NCBI GenBank assembly: GCA_004764695.1
Contig: SMSO01000014.1
Span: 7,346,125 to 7,410,124, forward strand
Length of the DNA: 64,000 bases
Origin: Schizochytrium sp. TIO01
Lineage: Eukaryota > Protista > Bigyra: Labyrinthulomycetes
Direction: 5' to 3'
Shown: one piece after another, positions 46,982 through 56,857 of the stretch
Numbering within the stretch: position 1 is the stretch's first letter
Layout of the letters: each line of letters opens with the position of its first letter
Notes under the pieces: generated by a model
What the model was told of the DNA's origin: nothing
Seen by the model: only the letters and a program-made list of their open reading frames with translations
The model's database searches: none
Program-made: the position numbers and the translations under genes

Positions 46982-49769
46982 TCAAATGAATTCGACTTTA
47001 ACTCCTGGCGCCCTTGCTACTGCTGTTACTTCTTCTTCTTCTTCTAATTCTTCTTGCTCGTTTGCGGTGCTGCTGGGATCTGGCAGTCCCTCCGGTAGGG
47101 TTCCAGTGCCGAGATCCGTCACTGTGTGGATACCTCTAGCACGCAGCCATTGCGCGGCTCTTTTCGCATCGCCCTGGAAGGCGCTTAGTACTTTGTAAGT
47201 TTTACTGCGACGATCGTGGGTCTGCATAAGAGTCTTGTGTTGCGAAGTAAAGGCACTGTAATAACCTTCTTTGCCCTTTGCGCTGGTGGCGCTGGCGCTG
47301 CTACGCGTCTTGTTCTTTGCGATGCGAGTTTCTGTAATCACAGAGGAATCGTGCGTTTGCCACTCACACATCGGAGGGACTCCTTCCACAAGTCTTTCAG
47401 TCCAATGCCTCTGCGCCTCCGTAAGTTTCAAGTGAAAGGGACCAGATCGAGAGAACTGTGCGAGACGCAATAGCTTTTTGATAATCTTTGCTTCTTCTTC
47501 TCCATTAAAGGAAGACGGTAAACCAAAGAGATCAGACCAGCACGTGCGCTGTGCTTGAAGAGGTGCGGCTTGAGGACTGCGACTAACTCTATTTCTCCTT
47601 GCAGAAGAAGACGGTCGTCTTTTTTGCTGTTGTTGCTTTTGTCTGTGCCGCACGGACCGAGGGGTCTGCAAAGAGTTTTCCTTGTCTGGTGCTTTCTCAA
47701 AGACTTCCGCATAAGAGTTACTGCGGCGTCTTGGTTCTTCCTCCTCCTGCTTCCATTGATTCTTCTTCTCGATGGGTATTCGGAACTCTTCTTCTTCTTC
47801 TTCTTCTTCTTCTTCGCTCCATACAGTCCATTTAGTTCCTTTAGGCGTTTCAACCGAGTGGTGGTCCAGGTGATCTTCTTCTTCTTCTTCTTCTTCTTCT
47901 TCTAATCCTCCTCCTAATTCTTCTTCTTCGTCACTGGACCATGTGGCTGGAGGGTAGACCGTGATTTCCTGGAACTGCCTTGTGAGTTGCACGATTTCCC
48001 TCTTTTCATACACGTAGCGAAGCGGGACTACTTTGCCCGACATGAGAGATCTGGTAAAGTCGAGGCGGAACTCAGGAAAGGGCTGAGCAGGCAAATGGAA
48101 GAGCGAAGGGTAATTGTCCTGAACGTAGCTATGTCTCCCTGCCAAACAAACATAAGCTGTGTGAGGCAGCAAGTTCTCTGGTCCTTGCATAGCACGAATG
48201 ACATTTCTAGGGAAGATCTCCTTAGCGATCTCCAGTAGCTTAGGTTTAAGATTGTGGACCAAAAACTCGACCATTGGATCTCCCAGGAAGCCTCCGCGAT
48301 GGCGATTAGCCGCCACGAGTCCTGCTATGCGGTGGCCTTCGTCATTCAGAAAGTAGTAGTGGCCTCGCGAGTCTCCCTCGCGCGACATTCTCTCTACTGA
48401 AGCATGCTCGAGTCTCGCAAGAAGACGGATCTCCGCGTCACCGAACAAAGTGCGGGAGTTCATTTCTACTGCAAAGGTTTTGCGCAGTGAGTAGAGAGAA
48501 GTGCGTGCTTTTGCCAGTTTGTCCCAATGCGGGACCAGGCAGAGCAGTTTGTGCCAGGCTCCTTCTAATCGCTTTGTACGCTCTTCCTCGTAAAGTGTGA
48601 CCTCCTTACCTTTGAAAGACGCGAAGAGCAGAGAAAGGAGGTCATTCTGTTCTGTAATTTCAATTCTTTCATCAATCATGGTTAACGCCACACTCATAGC
48701 CATGACAGGGCAGCGAGCACGATTCTGCAGGTCGGGAAATACCACAGCTCGCCGGGTGCCAACGCGCTGCGCCCACTTTCTGCCCTTACTGTAGAACAAC
48801 TCGATGGGCATAAAAACAGAGGTATCAGTGCTATCACTACGATCAATGACGATTTTCGTAAGACTACTGAACTTGGTCCCAATGAAATCAGAGGGCCTAC
48901 AGCCAATTGCACCTAGCAACGTAACGAGGGTGTGATAGAAAGCTCTCTCGCGCTCACTGAAGTGGGAGGCTTTATCGTGCATAAGCATCTCACAAAGCTC
49001 GGTGTACTCTGTCCTGTAATGTAGAGGTGGAGCGAGGTTCTTTGGAATCCCTGCAATCTCCGTGTCTGTGTCTTCTTCTTCTTCTTCTTCTTCCGCTTCT
49101 TCGCCCAATCGGCCCTTTTCTTTACTCTCAGGCTGTCTGCTGGAATGTTTAATCGTCCTGGCTTCAGACAATGCCTTTTCATAACCTCTAGCCACGGCTT
49201 GTGTGATAGACTTAGATGCAGAGATCTCCTCCCATCTCTTCTTTGGCGTGAGAATGCCAAGGTCCAGCGAATCTTCCAAGATATCACGCACGCACGAACG
49301 AAGACGGGAAACGCGGGTGGTTCCGTCCCGACTGGTGATGGTCTTAATCCATTCTAAGAGAATCATTCGAAGATTGGCATCTTTGCCTTGGCCAAGCTGG
49401 GTGATTACCAACAGACTCGTGATTGCCAAGAAAGCCTCTGCACTACTATTATTGCCAGCGCCCGGCTCTACCGTTCCCACCACCTCTAGCCACGCTGCAA
49501 TCTCCCCAAACCAACGCTCCGTGAACTTTGGTTCCTCGCCCAATTGATTCACAAAGAAGCTACAGCCGTTGCACATGAACCATTGTCCAAAGGCCTTCAA
49601 AGGAGTCACGTTCGCTCCCCAAGTTCGCTTTTTGGTGCGTTCGCGCAAGGCCTTAGACTGTCGCCAAAGCCTGTCCAAGGTGTTCGCAGTCACTCACAGA
49701 GGTGGAGCGTGCTTCTTCTTCTTCTTCTCTTTCACAAGCGGGGGGTGGTTGAGGAGAATCGTCCATCAT
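46982..49769 (-). CDS. CryptonS-like tyrosine recombinase with a GCR1_C-like C-terminal region; a 4-bp duplication separates the ATG (49769) from the main 903-aa frame (49693)
   Basis: Catalytic-order motifs GCRPSD (R), YSKGRK (K), ARCPVMAM, YSLRKTFA (H/Y-x-x-R), LEH, GHYY (Y). Crypton-like VCLAG..Y...PSLFHLP. C-terminal W....GLPSSF, HWTERLVEGVPP and HDRRSK. Confidence 0.75.
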
Positions 49770-49839
49770 TTTCTGCCTCGTTCATTCATTGAGGTTTTGT
49801 TTTACCTTTCTCTTCTTGTGGTATTGTGAATTATTAGGA

Positions 49840-49871
<32 letters not shown>

Positions 49872-49877
49872 AACTTA

Positions 49878-50468
49878 TTAAAGATGGAAGTGCTTAGGTT
49901 TGTTACTATGTAGATGCTTAGCACGACTTCTCATGTAAGTAGTTCTAGTCGACTGGGAGCCCCCGAGGTTCTTCTTCGCTCTGTAAATCATAACTCCCGA
50001 GCCAGCGACTGCTCCGCCCCCAAGCAAGACGCCAGTTGTTACAAGTGCTATTCCTGCGCCCTCGCCTCCCTTGCTGCCTACCTGATTGTTGGCTGCTCTT
50101 GAAATAGAGGCGGCTCTGCCTGGAGAAAGGGCATTTGGGTCATCCAGGATCCTTTCTAAGCCAGTCACTCCTTCACCTTCTGCTACCAGATCTATGTAAC
50201 TCTGCACAGTCGTGTCGTTCGAGGTATCCTGCAATGCATTGTAAATAAAAGTAGCGTTCTGGATTGCAAGAGGTCTTGTGGAGTTAGCAATGAGCGTCTG
50301 GAGCTTGGTGATTGTGTAAATATAATCGGTCTGATCAGCCCAGAAGATTGGTTGATCATCTCCGTAATCAGTATTAGCAGGCCAAGGCCACGCTGTTGTT
50401 GAAGTCGCCGCCGCCCCGGTTGTAGTTTGTGTTGCTTCAGCTGTTGTAGCCGCTGTAGTGCTGGACAT
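49878..50468 (-). CDS. Small membrane protein (Thr-rich N-terminus, Gly-rich C-terminal TM, basic tail)
   Basis: ATG at 50468 (MSSTTAATT...); TM GIALVTTGVLLGGGAVAGSGVMIY. Confidence 0.7.
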   Translation of the reverse strand: MSSTTAATTAEATQTTTGAAATSTTAWPWPANTDYGDDQPIFWADQTDYIYTITKLQTLIANSTRPLAIQNATFIYNALQDTSNDTTVQSYIDLVAEGEGVTGLERILDDPNALSPGRAASISRAANNQVGSKGGEGAGIALVTTGVLLGGGAVAGSGVMIYRAKKNLGGSQSTRTTYMRSRAKHLHSNKPKHFHL

Positions 50469-50647
50469 TATAATGTTCCTTCTTTTTTTCTTGTTCTCTC
50501 TAGAAAGGATACGAAAAAAAGTTACCAACAGATCAATCAATATATATTATCTCCCCTTTAAAGTTAAGGATCCTGGAAAGAAAGGAAGACATTGATTACT
50601 GCAGTCAGCCGCATAAACCCACAAAAGGAAAAACTAACCCAATTGTA

Positions 50648-52597
50648 ATGATGATTAGCCCCGAGCAGAAATTAAGGTTTGCTATTGTGATTTTGGTCAT
50701 TGGTATCTTGGTGGTTATCTCGCTGACTTCTTCCGGGGCCTCAATGATTGCTCGTGCTAATTCTTACCTCGATGCGAACGACATTGGTTACCAGACAGAA
50801 AATGATGACAATCCTGATGCAGAAAATGATGATGACGCGGATACAAGTACCTCCACGACTTCTGTGGAAGGTGGTGATACTGGAAGCACAACGGCTTCTT
50901 CCAGTGGGACCGGTTCTTCGGAGACAACCTATGATCCTAATCTAAGGGCGCGCCCCACGACAGAAAATGTGGTGCGCCCGACGGATGATAACATTTGGGG
51001 AGGTATGAAATTAGATAGCATGCCACAGGATAAAGACATTTCCGGGGGTCCTACAGTGAACGGCGCTCTTACTGCAAATGTGGGAGAGTTCATGGGTGTG
51101 CGCAGCAAGGGAGCAGAACCCTTTTTTCCTGATTGGGAGTTTGGATGGTACCTAAACGAAGGCCAAGTTTCCATTGATCGCGCAAACGCCAAGACCTTTC
51201 GTATCAACATCTTCTGCGCCAGTTATAATGACGACAAGTTCCCTATCCCCACTGACGAATTCAAAGCGGCTTATTTGAACTTCTGGAAAGTCGCAGGTGC
51301 TGGTTTTATCACCCCTGAATGGGGCAAGCTAGATGTTTTTGATTTTGATTCCAGCCACCCTGCTGATCACCACGATTCTGCTTCGAAGATCATCAGTGCG
51401 GTAGCGAAAAAGTATCCTGACTGGTGGCCGCAGGTCAAGGCAAAGACGCTTCCCGAGGAGGCCTGCTTGATCATGATGGGCTACCGTAAGTACGGCTCTG
51501 GAGGGCAGTACCTTGGCGTTTATTCAAGAGTGAAGGGACCCATCGATTCCACTTCTCTGCACGAACTGGGCCACCGCTCAGGCGGTCACTCTTACATGCT
51601 TGGATGGGACACCAAGAAGAAGATCTATACAATGCCTGGTACTCTTTCGAATGACGGCATGTGCATGATGAGCTACACGACGCGCTACATGGACCTCTAC
51701 GCTCCTCCCTGGTACCACCGCAACGGCTGGTTCAGAGCAGAGCCCGGGTCTTATCGTTACATTCAGAACGGTGCGACGTACAAGATGAATATGTTTCACC
51801 AGTGGAAGGCCGATGGGCGCGTGCACTGCTTGGTGGCTCTAAGCCCGTTCACTGGGGAGTATGTGTTTTACAAGATTAGTATGATTGGCTGGTCCAAGCC
51901 GGGCATTGAGACAACTTTATGGCTGACTGGCCGGACCAAGAATGGCAAAACTCGCATTCCAACTGCGGATATTCCTGACATTGAGACGAATAATCTTATG
52001 AAAGGTTCTAACAACGATGGTTTCATTCGCTGGGTGGCCTACCCGGCCGCTTGGGTCTCGACGGGTGGCAATGATATGGAGCTCCGTGCCTGCCGCGACC
52101 CAATTACAGGCGGAGGAGAGGACTGGATAGATCCTAACACTGGCCTGCGCTTTGTGGTGAGCAATGTCGTGAAGGACTGGGAGAATTACCAGTGTGACGT
52201 GACAGTAACCTACGATGCTTCTTACTTGAAGCGTACCCTACCTCCTCAGATTACCAAGATTGCGACTGGAGTTTACAAGCACCAGAAGGGCAGTGATTTG
52301 TATGACGACAGCAAGGGTTCCGTAACGGATAACAGTTCCACTTTGCTCATTGTTACCTTCAAAAATCCCAATCCAGGCAGCACGCGCCCATTCATTTGCA
52401 ATGCCAAGAGCTGCTTTACACAAGGAGGAATGGGCTTAGGAGGGCCAAACAACCAGAAATGCATCTTGCTTGGAGGGACTTCACAGGATTTCTACTTCCA
52501 GGCAAAGAAAGGAACCTTGGCAGGCAAAGAAGACGTTGCTGTTATTTGTCTAGGCGAGACCTATACTCGCAAAATCAAGTTCACGCACCACAAGTAA
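50648..52597 (+). CDS. Type II membrane-anchored metzincin metallopeptidase (M11/gametolysin-like)
   Basis: N-terminal TM, D/S/T-rich stalk, zinc motif LHELGHRSGGHS, Met-turn-like MCMMSY, then YAPPWYHRNGW (compare M11 FNAP...LGW). Confidence 0.75.
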   Translation: MMISPEQKLRFAIVILVIGILVVISLTSSGASMIARANSYLDANDIGYQTENDDNPDAENDDDADTSTSTTSVEGGDTGSTTASSSGTGSSETTYDPNLRARPTTENVVRPTDDNIWGGMKLDSMPQDKDISGGPTVNGALTANVGEFMGVRSKGAEPFFPDWEFGWYLNEGQVSIDRANAKTFRINIFCASYNDDKFPIPTDEFKAAYLNFWKVAGAGFITPEWGKLDVFDFDSSHPADHHDSASKIISAVAKKYPDWWPQVKAKTLPEEACLIMMGYRKYGSGGQYLGVYSRVKGPIDSTSLHELGHRSGGHSYMLGWDTKKKIYTMPGTLSNDGMCMMSYTTRYMDLYAPPWYHRNGWFRAEPGSYRYIQNGATYKMNMFHQWKADGRVHCLVALSPFTGEYVFYKISMIGWSKPGIETTLWLTGRTKNGKTRIPTADIPDIETNNLMKGSNNDGFIRWVAYPAAWVSTGGNDMELRACRDPITGGGEDWIDPNTGLRFVVSNVVKDWENYQCDVTVTYDASYLKRTLPPQITKIATGVYKHQKGSDLYDDSKGSVTDNSSTLLIVTFKNPNPGSTRPFICNAKSCFTQGGMGLGGPNNQKCILLGGTSQDFYFQAKKGTLAGKEDVAVICLGETYTRKIKFTHHK

Positions 52598-52723
52598 TCA
52601 AAGTGAGTCGAAGAAAAAGAAAAAGGGAAACATGATTTAGACATAAGCAATAAAACCAAAAAAAACCATTCATTCATTCATTCATTCTCCTTAACCACTG
52701 GATGGCCCTCTTGAACTGATTAT

Positions 52724-54064
52724 TTATCCTCTTCTGCTTCGCGCATCTTTCCAGTGGGATTCTGTTTCGGTTGCTTTCCATTGGAGGTTCTCGTAGAACA
52801 GGTCTTGATCCTTCACAAACACGAAGGTGAAGAAATCGGTGAAACCATCAACCCTTTTCTCGATTTTGGTACCCTCTTTCATGTAAAAGGCAACCGTTTC
52901 GCAATCAATGGGTTCAAACCCAGTGATTTTGACCCAAGTTCTCACTCGACTTTCCCCAGTACGGTCAGTAGCAGTAACGTTCTCATTGGGACTGTAGTCG
53001 TGCGCAGGCTCGATCATGATCTGAGGAAACCTATCTTTGCCATACCCGTACTGGTTACGTCGACCGTCGAACATGCGATGTATCGCCGCCGACAAGGCTA
53101 AGCGATTATTGTCGTCGTCCTGGACGCCCGCAGCATCCACAGCCGTCTTGTGAACTAGGTGTGCACAATCCGCCACCCCCTTTCGAAGAAAGAATGGGGC
53201 CTCAATCGACTGGAACATGGCTAAGTCCGAATCAGGTTCCACAGTGGTGTACACTGTGCTATCGCTGTCACCACAACGCGCAGAGCCTGGCTCATCATCC
53301 GAACGATAGTCCGTGCTGTAAATGTTCTGGGTATTGTTGACATAAACGACTTCAGGGTAAGAGAGATCAATGTTGTCATTATTGTATCCGAGATTATTCG
53401 ACAAGATCTCGTTGCAAAACATAGCAGCATCTCGAGAGCTAGAGAAGATAATCTCGAAGGTCAAGTCCATGGGTGGGTTGTCTCCTTCGTAACGAATAGC
53501 TCTTCTATGCGATGGAACGTCCGTATCTTCGATTACCTCCGCAGACCCAGCGTTGTTGGCTGCCGTAAAGTACACGAAGCGACGCAGGCCTTTGGCATTC
53601 TTACTATCTTTGAGGGTACCACAAACCTTATAACACTTGTTTTCGATCTTTCTCGACCTTACCTCGGACACGACACCCCGCTGCGCCCCCCTTTCACTTA
53701 CACTGCTACCTTTTTCGTAGCGCAGTGCGTCCATGTTCCGACTAAGCCTATCGCGCTTCTGTTCAAGGGAATCGTAATACGCCGTTGCCGACCCATATTT
53801 TTTCTTTAGGAAAGCACTGAGGTCGTCGAAGGAAGCCCCGTCCGTTTCTTCCAAACGCTCTATCTTGGCCTCTACGTCAGCGATACGTGCCTCGATGCTC
53901 TCGATCTTTTCTTCAAGCCGATGTACATCTTGATCCAATGCCTCTAGTTTAGCCAACTCGAGGGCTTCGTCCCCTTCCTCAACTGTTGACAATCGTTTGC
54001 GGTCATCGCCGCCCCCGCCACCGCCGCGGGTTTGGTTTCCTTTACGACGGATGAAGGAAGCCAT
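52724..54064 (-). CDS. Crinkler-type HNH nuclease effector with a coiled-coil N-terminal header
   Basis: Motif series as I recall it from oomycete CRN C-termini: KGLRRFVY..A, FQSIE, ADCAHL, DDNNRLALSAAIHRMFDG, MKEGT, FVFVKD..F..NLQWK...W. Likely ATG at 54064 (MASFIRR). Confidence 0.78.
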   Translation of the reverse strand: MASFIRRKGNQTRGGGGGGDDRKRLSTVEEGDEALELAKLEALDQDVHRLEEKIESIEARIADVEAKIERLEETDGASFDDLSAFLKKKYGSATAYYDSLEQKRDRLSRNMDALRYEKGSSVSERGAQRGVVSEVRSRKIENKCYKVCGTLKDSKNAKGLRRFVYFTAANNAGSAEVIEDTDVPSHRRAIRYEGDNPPMDLTFEIIFSSSRDAAMFCNEILSNNLGYNNDNIDLSYPEVVYVNNTQNIYSTDYRSDDEPGSARCGDSDSTVYTTVEPDSDLAMFQSIEAPFFLRKGVADCAHLVHKTAVDAAGVQDDDNNRLALSAAIHRMFDGRRNQYGYGKDRFPQIMIEPAHDYSPNENVTATDRTGESRVRTWVKITGFEPIDCETVAFYMKEGTKIEKRVDGFTDFFTFVFVKDQDLFYENLQWKATETESHWKDARSRRG

Positions 54065-54181
54065 TTTCTTTCGCTCGGATGGACTGTTGCTCTGCTGCAC
54101 CTGCTGCACTTGCTTCAAGTCACGCCGGCCTGGTGATACGGAACTGCCTGAGTCGGGTGCACGGCAGCGATTCTACATTCA

Positions 54182-54239
54182 TTAGGTTAGATAGAAGGGT
54201 AGAGCTTAGGTTAGATTAGGTGAAGTGTAGAGCTTAGGT
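54182..54239 (+). repeat. Degenerate TTAGG/TTAGA cluster in the divergent intergenic region between the HNH and Myb genes
   Basis: attaggttagatagaagggtagagcttaggttagattaggtgaagtgtagagcttagg: four TTAGG, two TTAGA, and TAGAGCTTAGG twice. Confidence 0.6.
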
Positions 54240-54416
54240 AAAACAGACTTAAAACTGAGTGCAGCCCTGGCGTAGAAATAGCGGCGGCACAAGACGCACG
54301 GTACTGCACAGGCGCAAAGCTGGTTCTGCCCGCCCGGTCCCTCGCCCTTGCATCCGCCCGTCGGTTGTCTCTCCATCTCTGTGTTACGAAGAGAAGAGAG
54401 GAAAAGAGAGGGGAAG

Positions 54417-54502
54417 ATGGAGGATCAATCATTCACAGCCCAGAATCACGCAGTCGGTCCTAGCTTTTCTCCGCAGCCGCTCTCACCTCGACAAAGAAGA
54501 AG

Positions 54503-54537
<35 letters not shown>

Positions 54538-55730
54538 GCGCAGACTCAGCGGCGGCGGTCCCACTTTGGGAGCTAAGGCAGAGATATCACGACGATGACA
54601 GGGAGATACTCAAAGAGTTGTTAGAGAAGTTCAATCGAAAAACCACCCCCAAAGGAACCTCGCCTTCAAAGAAAACACCCTGGGAGCGCGTGGAATATTT
54701 CGTCATCCTGTTAGGCGACCCGCGCTTCATTGATCTTTTCAAACGCCTTAAGCGAGAGGAGTTGAAGAACTCAACGGGAGGCCGTAATCGGTGCTATGAT
54801 AGCTTTTCAAAGTTGTTGAACCGAAGCAGCTTTTCTAAATCGCAGAAAGCTCGCAGCGAGCAGCGCGCTTCAGCGCTTTCGTACAAACCGAAGCCCTTTA
54901 CCAAGGAAGAAGAGAGTGCTCTGTTGTCGATTATGCGAGAAGAGGTGCCGCGTAATGCAGAGCGGTATTATATACAAAGAAGCCAAGATCGCTGTATTGC
55001 TTGGACAGAGGTTTCAAAGCGCTTCGATGAGATCACAGGCAGCTGCGATCGACCCGAGAGTTCACTCCAAACCAAGTGGAATACTGCACTGCGATGGAAA
55101 TTTAGCGAAGACCTGAAATTGGGGGAGCTTGTACGCAAGCACACCAAAGCAAGCGAAGGCCAGGCCTACAGAAATTACATAATTCTTTCTGAAGTGGATT
55201 GGGGCAAAGTTCTTAGAGATTTTAAGGATGATTCATTGAATCCTACAATTGTCAAAAGGCGCGCTGTTCGCCTTGGTTTGGTGCGTAAGAAGGAGGCAAG
55301 TAAAAGTCTGGGCAGGCCCCGCGTGCGACCGAAGCCTGTTGCGATTTATTCTGATCGCCTGAGTGCCTCGGGATTGAGCGACATTCGCCTGAAGAATCGT
55401 TATTCGAAGGTGGAGTACGCAAGGATCTTTGAGGGCAATGCATACAGTTTCATTTTCGACTTGCATTCCCGTCAGGATTCAACGAACCCTTGTTACGACA
55501 TGCTAGCGCCTGTGTTCACGCTTTTCAAGACTGAATTAGAGCCTAAGAGGGAACCGATAGATCCGCAAGACACTGCATTTCTTGTCACTCTTCATTTAAG
55601 TGAATGGAAGGCTGTAAAAGTTTGCCTGGAGAACTATGTTTTCAAAGCGGAGCGCTATAGAAAGCTCTTTAAACGATGCCTCATTAATTGGCTCTTTCCT
55701 GGTTCAAGGCCGCCTTTGCAAATGGATTAA
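54417..55730 (+). CDS. Two-repeat Myb/SANT DNA-binding protein with an uncharacterised C-terminal domain
   Basis: FTKEEESALL..IAWTEVSKRF..RPESSLQTKW and WKFSEDLKLGELVRKH..VDWGKV..IVKRRA. Likely ATG at 54417. Confidence 0.75.
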
Positions 55731-55815
55731 TTGTATAATCGATTGATAGTTTTTTTTGTTTTTCTTGCTGTTCTTGATTAAAACAAATGAACTTTATATA
55801 CAAACAAAGGGTTTT

Positions 55816-56175
55816 TTAATAGACCCCTTTCATTCTGAACGAAAGAAAGAAAGAACTAAGAGAATGTGAATGAAAGAAAGAACTAAAAGAATGTGAATGA
55901 AAGATCTTAAGAGGTCTATTATTTTTTTGCAACCGCCGTTTTGGGATTCTCGCACGAAGCGAACGCGACAAAGCAAAACCGCAATCAACCAAGGAAAGAT
56001 CTGGAGCAGCACTTCGGTTCGCAAGCGCGCGCAAGAGCAGGGTAAGAGGAACGTCTTCGGTGCAGCAGCAGCAGTGAGCGTTAAGCATGACTGGGTTGGA
56101 CTCAACTAAGCGCGGCGGCCAAGCCAGTGCGGAGTACGAGGAAGCGAAGGAGGAGGAGGAGGAGGAAGAGGCCAT
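55816..56175 (-). CDS. Possible small hypothetical protein
   Basis: ATG plus poly-Ser start like neighbouring genes, but its 3' end runs into a 27-bp intergenic-style repeat. Confidence 0.25.
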   Translation of the reverse strand: MASSSSSSSFASSYSALAWPPRLVESNPVMLNAHCCCCTEDVPLTLLLRALANRSAAPDLSLVDCGFALSRSLRARIPKRRLQKNNRPLKIFHSHSFSSFFHSHSLSSFFLSFRMKGVY

Positions 56176-56420
56176 GTCTCATCACTCGTTCACTTCAACA
56201 GACGAAGAAGACTCTGCAAATCTCCACCATTGACGTCTTATCAGTGATCAGGATCAGAGGGAAACAAGAACTGGGAATGGTAGGGAAAGGGGGATTCAAG
56301 GAAAGGGACAATTCTCGTTTCGAAAAAGAAAGTGCCCTCGAAAACAATAAAGTTGAGAGAAAGAAAATTTGCGGTCGGCCATCTTAGATGTCACGTCTGA
56401 AAAGTTTTACTTTTGTCATT

Positions 56421-56628
56421 TCATTTCTTTCGAGGTAAAAGATTTTGATCTCTCTTCCTTAAAAGGTTTTGAGGTGTGCAAATGAAAAGATCACTTTCTG
56501 ATTTTTGTAAAAGCTGAAAGGGGAAAGTTCATTTCTTTCAAGGTAAAAAAATTACACTTAAAAGATTTTTGAGGTACGCAAAACGGAAAGATCGCTTTCA
56601 GGTTCTGGTAAAGCTGAAAGGGGGAAAG
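56421..56628. repeat. Imperfect ~105-bp tandem duplication upstream of the REase-kinase gene
   Basis: TCATTTCTTTC.AGGTAAAA...TTTTGAGGT..GCAAA..AAGATC.CTTTC...AAAGCTGAAAGGGG occurs twice. Confidence 0.8.
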
Positions 56629-56857
56629 GACAATCACGTTTGCTCAACCAAAACGAGTGTCCCTCTCAAATTGAAGCACGCGTAATCGACATGTTTGGAT
56701 TTCTATCGATCGAGCGCGTTGCGTTTTATTCCTGAGATCTGTCGGTCTGGCTAGATCTAGGATGTGTAATCCCCTGGTTGAGTGAAAAGTGGGTGTTTCG
56801 TTGCAGGCAAATCCGGAATTCTGTCAGCACGTGCAGAGTTTAAGAAGATAAACAAGG

